In this document: positions 9,449 to 20,200 of the stretch, in pieces
Position numbering within the stretch: position 1 is the stretch's first letter
Layout: every line of letters begins with the position of its first letter
Assembly: GCA_964016885.1 (NCBI GenBank)
Contig: OZ024742.1
Span: forward strand, 32,054,001-32,118,000
Direction: 5' to 3'
DNA from: Eledone cirrhosa
Taxonomy: Eukaryota
Length of the DNA stretch: 64,000 bases
The notes under the pieces: model-generated
What the model saw: the letters and a program-made list of their open reading frames with translations, nothing else
Told to the model about the DNA's origin: nothing
Databases searched by the model: none
Made by a program: the position numbers and the translations under genes

Positions 9449-10504
9449 CGCTCTCGGGGGCTACTGGTAACATGTAACCCAGCAGAATCTGTCGCATAGT
9501 CAGGTCGTCGGTGATTAAACTCGCAACCCCACCAAGCTTGATTGGTGAGACGGGTGATAGTTAGATACCCTGTGGGATGAAATACAAGACCCAGCAAAGG
9601 GCGGAGTAACTCAGCAAAGTCAAAAGCCCTCCAAATAGGGTGTACATGTGTGTGTGACTTCTATCTATATATACTTTTTATATATCTAAAATTAATTTAA
9701 TTAAATTAAATTAAGGGAGTCATGTCCGAGACATGCACCATATCCACCGTAGAATAAGCTCAAAGATTCCAATGAATAGATCCGAGCATTTTATATCAAC
9801 TAGAAATTGATTGACATACATATATTTAAAATAAACACATGAAACAATCACAGGGGATAATTTGTAAAGTGTGTAATCACACATAGCTAGGTAGGTAACT
9901 AAAGTTTAACTTAAAGCTTCAAATGTTACCTTTTAAAAAAATGATTAATCCTCCTTGTATATATTTCATTAAAGAAATATATTTCACCGTTAATCCGAAA
10001 AGTCACAGTAGTCAAATCTTGGATCTTCAGCAAGGGGGAAGATTTAACTATCTGTGTTTACACATCTAATGCAAATCTGCGAGTGAGCCATCGCACGTGT
10101 TGCAATTCTAAAACTACTAACAACATGCTAGCGTCACCACATTGGCGTGTATAGGGTGATCGACAGCTATAAATAGCAGCCGGGTCCTTTCAACTGAATA
10201 AGCTCTACAATTAAGGAGCCGTTTATATATCTAAAAAAATTGTTAAAGGTAATATTTGAAGCTCTAGTTAAACTTTAATTAGTTACCTACATAACTATGT
10301 GTGGATATGCCCTGGCTTTATACCAATCGCTACCCCAGCTTATGAGCAAATAGTACCTGCTACAAGTTGCTCCTGTGGCTGCCTCAGTTTTGCTGTGCCA
10401 CCCGGTTTCCAGGGCATCTTGCGAAGGGATGCTGCAGTGTGCTGGGCACTATCGTCATCTTTTAGCGCAGCCTACATTTTATGAGATATATATATACCAC
10501 ACTG

Positions 10505-10871
10505 TAAATGTGGTTGGTGTTAGGAAGGGCATCCAGCTGTAAAATCCCCGGCCAAATTTACAGTCCTGTTGGAGCAAGGTACGTCGTGGCCAATCCTGGC
10601 CAGACTTGTCTCCCGACTCTACCCCCCCCCTCTCCTCATCCAGATTTTTTTTTCTAAGTGTCTCCAAGTAGAGCTGCTACTTCACCGAATTAAAAGATCA
10701 CAGGTTCGAATGACTCGAATGTGGTTAGAATGTCGCAGGAAAGAATCACTGGACATATTTTACGAGCAAAACTAACCGGCAGGAGACCCAAGGGTAGACC
10801 CCGAGCAAGACGGGGCCTAACCCATGCAAGCATGGAAAAATTGACGCTAAACGATGATGATGGTGAAGATT

Positions 10872-10917
<46 letters not shown>
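10505..10917 (+). mobile_element. Composite retroposon remnant: SINE-type central motif, RTE ORF C-terminal fragment (~10657-10812) and (GAT)n tail
   Basis: GGTGTTAGGAAGGGCATCCAGCTGTAAAA is a motif I recognise from metazoan SINE bodies. Translation LQVELLLHRIKRSQVR..VVRMSQERITGHILRAKLTGRRPKGRPRAR matches the RTE pattern VEPLLL.IERSQLRW.GH..RM...R.......PTG.RP.GRP. It ends AACCCATGCAAGCATGGAAAA...AAACGATGATG. Confidence 0.7.

Positions 10918-10966
<49 letters not shown>
10872..10966. repeat. (GAT)n(CAT)n spacerless palindrome
   Basis: An ATG run from 10872 switches at GATC (10916-10919) to a CAT run ending at 10966. The arms are perfect over ~46 bp. Confidence 0.95.
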
Positions 10967-11109
10967 GCTGTATATACAAATCTGATTTTCAAAATGTTTG
11001 ATTTGATCTTTTGTTTTCCAAAGTTTTTAGGGGGGTGGGTGGGTGGTGGTAGGAGGGGGATGTTTCTTTCGTCTCCACTTCCGTTTCTGTTTATTATTCA
11101 GATTTCACG

Positions 11110-11830
11110 TTCTCTCCTATGCCACCCTCTCTCACTCTCCTATGTCACCCTCTCCCACTCTCCTATGTCACCCTCTCCCTCTCCCACTCTCCTATGTCAC
11201 CCTCTCTCACTCTCCTATGTCACCCTCTCCCGCTCTCGTATGTCACCCTCTCTCGCTCTCCTATGTCACCCTCTCTCGCTCTCCTATGTCACCCTCTCTC
11301 GCTCTCCTATATCACCCTCTCCCTCTCCTGCACTCCTATGTCAACCTCTCTCACTCTCCTATGTCACCCTCTCCCTCTCTAACTCTCCTATGTTACCCTC
11401 TCCCTCTCTCACTCTCCTATGTCACCCTCTCCTCTCTCGCTCTTCTATGTCACTTTGCCCCTCTTCGTCTTTCACTCTCCTTTGTCACCCTCTCCCTCTC
11501 CTGCTCTCCTATGTCAACCTCTCTCACTCTCCTATGTCACCCTCTCCCTCTCCTGCTCTCCTATGTCAACCTCTCTCACTCTCCTATGTCACCCTCTCCC
11601 TCTCCTGCTCTCCTATGTCACCCTCTCCCTCTCCTGCTCTCCTATGTCAACCTCTCTCACTCTCCTATGTCACCCTCTCCTCCTCTTCATCTCTCTCCCA
11701 TGCCACACTCTCCCTCTCTCTTTTATGTTAACATCTCTTCCTCTCCCTCTTCTATGCCATCATCACTCTCACTCTCCCCCTCACACCATGTCACACTGTC
11801 CCCACTCTCTCCTATGTCACCACCCCCTCT
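11110..11830. repeat. Pyrimidine-rich minisatellite, 23/29-bp units
   Basis: CTCTCCTATGTCACCCTCTC(C/T)C(A/G) with an optional extra CCTCTC hexamer. It decays after ~11700. Confidence 0.9.
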
Positions 11831-11934
11831 CTCTCTTATTCTTTCTCCCCCTACCCTCTATGTTATTCACCTCCCACACAACTTTCTCATTCCAAATCTG
11901 GAACATTCTAACGTCTTTTCCTTTCGGAAATGGA

Positions 11935-12452
11935 AGATGGTGGTGGTGGTGGTGGTGGTGGTGGTGTAGGTGTTGGTAATGGTGGCGATGGTAGTGATGG
12001 TGATGATGGTAGTGGTGATGGTGGTAGTGGTGATGTGATGATGGTAGGGGTGATAGTTGTGATTATGGTGATGGTGATAGTGATGATGGTCGTGGTGATG
12101 GTGGTAGTGGTGATAGTGATGATGGTCGTGATGGTGGTTGTGATGATGGTATTGTAGCAGTAATGGCGGTAATGGTAGGTGGTATGATGTCAGTATTGTT
12201 TACTATCTAAATCTAAAGTTCAAGGTAAACCACATTGAAGTTGTTGTTGTTGCTATTACTGTTGTTGTTGTTGTTGTATGTTAAATGGCGGATCATATTG
12301 GGAATAGGTTGGATGTAATGGAGAAAAATTATTGCTGCTGGTGTTGTTGCTGTTGCTGTTGTTGCTGTTGTTGTTGTTGTTGTTGTTATTGTTGCTGCTA
12401 CTGTTGTGGTTGCTGCTGTTGTGGTTGTTGTTGTGGTTGTTGTTGTTGTTGT
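11935..12452. repeat. Degenerate trinucleotide tracts: (GGT/GAT)n 11935-12150 and (GTT/GCT)n 12240-12452
   Basis: Direct reading. Confidence 0.9.
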
Positions 12453-12454
12453 TT

Positions 12455-12655
12455 TTCATTCCATCACTCTCTCTCTCTCCCTTTCTCATTCCACCACTCT
12501 CTGTCCCCCTTTCTCATTCCATCACTCTCTCTCTCTCCCTTTCTCATTCCACCACTCTCCCTCTCTCTCTCTTCCTTTCTCATTCCATCACTCTCTCTCT
12601 CTCTCTCTCTCTCTTCCTTTCTCATTCCATCACTCTCTCTCTCTCTCTCTTTCTC
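12455..12655. repeat. ~28-40-bp minisatellite TTCTCATTCCA(T/C)CAC(TC)n, about 6 copies
   Basis: Repeated TTTCTCATTCCAYCACTCTC with variable CT length. Confidence 0.85.
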
Positions 12656-12982
12656 GCCACCTCTCACTACACCTCACTTTACTAGCCCTTGCTCTATATT
12701 TCTATCTTTCTCTTCACTCCCCCTCTCTCACTCTCAATTTCTCCCTTACACTATCATTTGTCCCACCTCTCCCACTACATCTTACTTTACTTCTTGCTCT
12801 CTATTTCTTTCTACCCCCCACCCACCCCCTTCACTCTCAACCTTTCACAATACACGTAACTCTACATCTTATAAATTTGTAATAGTTGACTGTAGTTACA
12901 TTAAAGATAAATGTAAGGATCACAAGTTTAACCCTTAATGCAGTGGTTCCCAAACCGTGCGCCGCGTCGCTCTGATGTGCCT

Positions 12983-13561
12983 CAAGATGTAACTAGATAC
13001 GTCACAAGATGTAACTAGATACGTCACAAGATGTAACTAGATACGTCAAAAGATGTCACTAGATACGTCACAGAATGTAACTAGATGTGCCACAAGATGT
13101 AACTAGATACGTCACAAGATGTAACTAGATACGCCACAAGATGTAAATAGATACGTCACAAGATGTAACTAGTTGTGCCACAATATTTAACTAGATACAT
13201 CACAAGATGTAACTAGATACGGCACATGATGTCACTAGATACGTCAGAAGATGTAACTAGATACGTCACAAGATGTCACTAGATACGTCACAAGATGTCA
13301 CTACATACGTCACAAGATGTAACTAGATGTCCCACAAGATGTAACTAGATGTGCCACAAGATGCAACTAGATACGTCACAAGATGTAACTAGATACGTCA
13401 CAAGATGTCACTAGATACGTCACAAGATGTAACTAGATACGTCACAAGATGTCACTAGATACGTCACAAGATGTAACTAGATACGTCACAAGATATCACT
13501 AGATACGTCACAAGATGTAACTAGAACGTCACAAGATGTCACTAGATACGCCACAAGATGT
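12983..13561. repeat. 22-bp minisatellite, about 26 copies, inside the hAT element
   Basis: CAAGATGT(A/C)ACTAGATACGTCA starts at 12983, 13005 and onward. Confidence 0.95.
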
Positions 13562-13624
13562 GAAAAATACAAACTGAAATTCGTGTGAAATTTCATATAT
13601 ACCCATAGCTGTGAAACTGGCAAA

Positions 13625-13830
13625 CAATTGTCCGGTCGCTTTCTCTTAGCACCAGTCGCCGTCGAGACCTCAGGCAAACCATGTACTGCCGAGCGCCTCC
13701 ACAAGATGGAACATCAACAGCCAGTCTGAGGAAGGAGACCCGTGAGGTGGGGTGGCTGTTGCAGAGGGTGTCGCAGGCCATTATCTATGGAAATGCTTTT
13801 ACGGTCTTGCCTGCGGGGCGCAGTCCCACA
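13625..13830 (+). mobile_element. Second CRE-clade-like retrotransposon endonuclease C-terminal fragment
   Basis: LSGRFLLAPVAVETSG (F.P.AVET.G motif), then frameshifted to RKETREVGWLLQRVSQAIIYGNAFTVLPAG (QR.S.AI.RGNA motif). A pyrimidine-rich stretch and an A run at 14049-14058 may be its 3' UTR and tail. Confidence 0.7.
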
Positions 13831-14210
13831 CCATCGCGCCCCAGGTCTAGAGCCCATCACCCTCTCCCCTTCCCTTCCCTTCCCTTTCTTCTGTGGTCAT
13901 AGAGTCCTTGTTTTTCCTTTATTTTCCTCTCATTTTTGGCTTTCCTAGACCTTTCCTCTACTTTCCCATACAGCCAGATCTGCTCTTTCCCATTTTCACA
14001 TTTGTGTAACTCTTCTTTACAATGAAACTCGAATTACCCCGCCCTACCAAAAAAAAAATTCTTTTCTCAGTAAAGTTTATTAAGAAGAACTGCTAAAAAG
14101 GCGCAACCTGTCGATTCTGTTAAGAATGAGAGATGGTTTGTGGTGGAAAGTACGTCAGCCTATTTTAACTTTTTCAAAAATGTTTGGGAACCATTGTCTT
14201 AATATCTTGT

Positions 14211-17200
14211 ACCACATGAAACCATATTAGCAAGACCACAATAACAATACCACATTAGCAAGATCACAATAGCAAGACCACTTTAGCAAGACCACATTAG
14301 CAGGACCACAATAGCAAGACCACATTAGCAAGACCACTTTAGCAAGACCATATTAGCAAGACCACATTAGCAAGACCACAATAGCAATACCACATTAGCA
14401 AGACCACAATAGCAATACCACGTTAGCAAGACCAATTTAGCAAGACCACATTAGCAAGACCACAATGGCAAGACCACATTAGCAAGACCATATTAGCAAG
14501 ACCACTTTACTAAGACCACATTAGCAAGACCACATTAGCAAGACAACTTTAGCAAGACCACATTAGCAAGACCACATTAGCAAGAGCAAATTAGCAAGAC
14601 CACAATAGCAAGACCACATTAGCAAGACCACATTAGCAAGACCACAATAGCAAGACCACATTAGCAAGACCACATTAGCAGGACCACTTTAGCAAGACCA
14701 CATTAGCAAAACAACATTAGCAAGACCACTTTAGCAAGACCACATTAGCAAGACCACTTTAGCAAGACCACAATAGCAAGACCATATTAGCAAGACCACA
14801 ATAGCAAGACCACATTAGCAAGACCACATTACCAAGACCACAATAGCAAGACCACATTGGCAAGACCACAATAGCAAGACCACTTTAGCAAGAACACAAT
14901 AGCAAGACCACAATAGCAAGACCACATTACCAAGACCACAATAGCAAGACCACTTTAGCAAGAACACAATAGCAAGAACACAATAGCAATACCACAATAG
15001 CAAGACCATAATAGCAAGACCACATTAGCAAGACCACATTAGCAAGACCACATTAGCAAGACCACATTAGCAAGACCACACTAGCAAGACCACAATAGCA
15101 AGACCACTTTAGCAAGACCATATTAGCAAGACCTCAATAGCAAGACCACAATAGCAAGACCTCATTAGCAAGACCATATTAGCAAGACCACATTACCAAG
15201 ACCAGTTTAGCAAGACCACAATAGCAAGACCACATTAGCAAGACCACATTAGCAAGACCACAATAGCAAGACCACATTAGCAAGACCACATTAGCAAGAC
15301 CACTTTAGCAAGACCACACTAGCAAGACCACAATAGCAAGACCACTTTAGCAAGACCACATTAGCAAGACCATTTTAGCCAGACCACAATAGCAAGACCA
15401 CATTAGCAAGACCACAATAGCAAGACCACATTAGCAAGACCACATTACCAAGACCACAATAGCAAGACCACATTAGCAAGACCACATTAGCAAGACCACA
15501 ATAGCAAGACCACATTAGCAAGACCACAATAGCAAGACCACTTCAGCAAGAACACAATAGCAAGACCACAATAGCAAGACCACATTACCAAGACCACAAT
15601 AGCAAGACCACTTTAGCAAGAACACAATATCAAGAACACAATAGCAATACCACAATAGCAAGACCACAATAGCAAGACCAAAATAGCAAGACCACATTAG
15701 CAAGACCACATTAGCAAGACCACATTAACAAGACCACACTAGGAAGACCACAATAGCAAGACCACTTTAGCAAGACCATATTAGCAAGACCTCAATAGCA
15801 AGACCACAATAGCAAGACCACATTAGCAAGACCGCATTAGCAAGACCACATTAGCAAGACCACACTAGCAAGACCACAATAGCAAGACCACATTAGCAAG
15901 ACCACATTAGGAAGGCCACATTAGCAGGACCACAATAGCAAAACCACAATAGCAAGACCACAATAGCAAGACCACTTTAGCAAGACCACATTAGCAAGAC
16001 CACAATAGCAAGAGCACATTAGCAAGACCACACTAGCAAGACCACATTAGCAAGACCACAATAGCAAGACCACTTCAGCAAGACCACATTAGCAAGACCA
16101 CATTAGGAAGGCCACATTAGCAAGACCACAATAGCAAGACCACACTAGCAAGACCACAATAGCAAGACCACTTTAGTAAGACCACATTAACAAGACCACA
16201 ATAGCAAGAGCACATTAGCAAGACCACACTAGCAAGACCACTTTAGCAAGACCACAATAGCAAGACCACATTAGCAAGACCACATTAGCAAGACCACAAT
16301 AGAAAAACCACATTAGCAAGACCACATTAGCAAGACCACTTTAGCAAGACCACATTAGCAAGACCACAATAGCAAAACCACATTAGCAAGACCACATTAG
16401 CAAGACCACATTAGCAAGACCACATTAGCAAGACCACACTAGCAAGACCACAATAGCAAGACCACTTTAGCAAGACCATATTAGCAAGACCTCAATAGCA
16501 AGACCACAATAGCAAGACCACATTAGCAAGACCATATTAGCAAGACCACATTACCGAGACCAGTTTAGCAAGACCACAATAGCAAGACCACATTAGCAAG
16601 ACCACATTAGCAAGACCACACTAGCAAGACCACAATAACAAGACCACTTGAGCAAGACCACATTAGCAAGACCACATTAGGAAGGCCACATTAGCAAGAC
16701 CACATTAGCAAGACCACATTACCAAGACCACAATAGCAAGACCACTTTAGCAAGAACACAAGAGCAAGTACACAATACCAAGACCACAATAGCATTACCT
16801 CAATAGCAAGACCACAATAGCAAGACCACATTAGCAAGACCACATTAGCAAGACCACATTAGCAAGACCACACTAGCAAGACCACTTTAGCAAGACCACA
16901 TTAGCAAGACCACATTAGGAAGGCCACATTAGCAAGACCACAATAGCAAGACCAAACTAGCAAGACCACAATAGCAAGACCACTTTAGCAAGACCACATT
17001 AGCAAGACCACAAGAGCAAGAGCACATTAGCAAGACCACACTAGCAAGACCACTTTAGCAAGACCACTTTAGCAAGACCACATTAGCAAGACCACAATAG
17101 CAAAACCACATTAGCAAGACCACATTAGCAAGACCACTTTAGCAAGACCACATTAGCAAGACCACAAAAGCAAGACCACATTAACAAGACCACATTAGCA

Positions 17201-20200
17201 AGACCACATTACCAAGATCAATTTAGCAAGACCACATTAGCAAGACCACATTAGCAAGACCACATTAGCAAGACCACTTTAGCAAGACCACATTAGTAAG
17301 ACCACATTAGCAAGAGCAAATTAGCAAGACCACAATAGCAAGACCACATTAGCAAGACCAATTTAGCAAGACCACTTTAGCAAGAGCACATAAGCAAGAC
17401 CACATTAGCAAGACCACTTTAGCAAGAGCACATTAGCAAGTCCACATTAGCAGGACAACATTAGCAAGACCACAATAGCAAGACCACATTAGCAAGACGA
17501 CAATAGCAAGACCACATTAGCAAGACCACAATAGCAAGACCACATTAGCAAGACCACATTAGCAAGAACACAATAGCAAGACCACAATAGCAAGACCACA
17601 TTACCAAGACCACAATAGCAAGACCACTTTAGCAAGAACACAATAGCAAGAACACAATAGCAATACCACAATAGCAAGACCACAATAGCAAGACCACAAT
17701 AGCAAGACCACATTAGCAAGACCACATTAGCAAGACCACATTAGCAAGACCACACTAGCAAGACCACAATAGCAAGACCACTTTAGCAAGACCATATTAG
17801 CAAGACCTCAATAGCAAGACCACAATAGCAAGACCTCATTAGCAAGACCATATTAGCAAGACCACATTACCAAGACCAGTTTAGCAAGACCACAATAGCA
17901 AGACCACATTAGCAAGACCACATTAGCAAGACCACAATAGCAAGACCACATTAGCAAGACCACATTAGCAAGACCACTTTAGCAAGACCACACTAGCAAG
18001 ACCACAATAGCAAGACCACTTTAGCAAGACCACATTAGCAAGACCATTTTAGCCAGACCACAATAGCAAGACCACATTAGCAAGACCACAATAGCAAGAC
18101 CACATTAGCAAGACCACATTACCAAGACCACAATAGCAAGACCACATTAGCAAGACCACATTAGCAAGACCACAATAGCAAGACCACATTAGCAAGACCA
18201 CAATAGCAAGACCACTTCAGCAAGAACACAATAGCAAGACCACAATAGCAAGACCACATTACCAAGACCACAATAGCAAGACCACTTTAGCAAGAACACA
18301 ATATCAAGAACACAATAGCAATACCACAATAGCAAGACCACAATAGCAAGACCAAAATAGCAAGACCACATTAGCAAGACCACATTAGCAAGACCACATT
18401 AACAAGACCACACTAGCAAGACCACAATAGCAAGACCACTTTAGCAAGACCATATTAGCAAGACCTCAATAGCAAGACCACAATAGCAAGACCACATTAG
18501 CAAGACCGCATTAGCAAGACCACATTAGCAAGACCACACTAGCAAGACCACAATAGCAAGACCACATTAGCAAGACCACATTAGGAAGGCCACATTAGCA
18601 GGACCACAATAGCAAGACCACAATAGCAAGACCACAATAGCAAGACCACTTTAGCAAGACCACATTAGCAAGACCACAATAGCAAGAGCACATTAGCAAG
18701 ACCACACTAGCAAGACCACATTAGCAAGACCACAATAGCAAGACCACTTCAGCAAGACCACATTAGCAAGACCACATTAGGAAGGCCACATTAGCAAGAC
18801 CACAATAGCAAGACCACACTAGCAAGACCACAATAGCAAGACCACTTTAGTAAGACCACATTAACAAGACCACAATAGCAAGAGCACATTAGCAAGACCA
18901 CACTAGCAAGACCACTTTAGCAAGACCACAATAGCAAGACCACATTAGCAAGACCACATTAGCAAGACCACAATAGAAAAACCACATTAGCAAGACCACA
19001 TTAGCAAGACCACTTTAGCAAGACCACATTAGCAAGACCACAATAGCAAAACCACATTAGCAAGACCACATTAGCAAGACCACATTAGCAAGACCACATT
19101 AGCAAGACCACACTAGCAAGACCACAATAGCAAGACCACTTTAGCAAGACCATATTAGCAAGACCTCAATAGCAAGACCACAATAGCAAGACCACATTAG
19201 CAAGACCATATTAGCAAGACCACATTACCGAGACCAGTTTAGCAAGACCACAATAGCAAGACCACATTAGCAAGACCACATTAGCAAGACCACACTAGCA
19301 AGACCACAATAACAAGACCACTTGAGCAAGACCACATTAGCAAGACCACATTAGGAAGGCCACATTAGCAAGACCACATTAGCAAGACCACATTACCAAG
19401 ACCACAATAGCAAGACCACTTTAGCAAGAACACAAGAGCAAGTACACAATACCAAGACCACAATAGCATTACCTCAATAGCAAGACCACAATAGCAAGAC
19501 CACATTAGCAAGACCACATTAGCAAGACCACATTAGCAAGACCACACTAGCAAGACCACTTTAGCAAGACCACATTAGCAAGACCACATTAGGAAGGCCA
19601 CATTAGCAAGACCACAATAGCAAGACCACACTAGCAAGACCACAATAGCAAGACCACTTTAGCAAGACCACATTAGCAAGACCACAAGAGCAAGAGCACA
19701 TTAGCAAGACCACACTAGCAAGACCACTTTAGCAAGACCACTTTAGCAAGACCACATTAGCAAGACCACAATAGCAAAACCACATTAGCAAGACCACATT
19801 AGCAAGACCACTTTAGCAAGACCACATTAGCAAGACCACAAAAGCAAGACCACATTAACAAGACCACATTAGCAAGACCACATTACCAAGATCAATTTAG
19901 CAAGACCACATTAGCAAGACCACATTAGCAAGACCACATTAGCAAGACCACTTTAGCAAGACCACATTAGTAAGACCACATTAGCAAGAGCAAATTAGCA
20001 AGACCACAATAGCAAGACCACATTAGCAAGACCAATTTAGCAAGACCACTTTAGCAAGAGCACATAAGCAAGACCACATTAGCAAGACCACTTTAGCAAG
20101 AGCACATTAGCAAGTCCACATTAGCAGGACAACATTAGCAAGACCACAATAGCAAGACCACATTAGCAAGACGACAATAGCAAGACCACATTAGCAAGAC

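Larger units (their letters stand above)
12941..14196. mobile_element. Non-autonomous hAT (Charlie/Buster-like) DNA transposon
   Basis: TIR CAGTGGTTCCCAAAC (12941) / GTTTGGGAACCATTG (14182-14196), 14/15. Degenerate 8-bp TSD CCTTAATG (12933-12940) / TCTTAATA (14197-14204), 6/8 with the central TA typical of the Buster group. Confidence 0.8.

Noticed and set aside
10721-11979. 336-aa ORF with poly-Asp/poly-His and neighbouring Ser/Pro/Leu-rich ORFs
   Set aside because: These read through an RTE fragment, the GAT/CAT palindrome and a pyrimidine minisatellite.
12256-12938. Poly-Cys, poly-Leu, poly-Val and poly-Asn ORFs
   Set aside because: They are trinucleotide microsatellite translations.
12983-14300. 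Derivation of the 14-bp satellite from the 22-bp minisatellite
   Set aside because: Only short shared words (CAAGA, CCACA) in a different order, which is not enough to claim homology.
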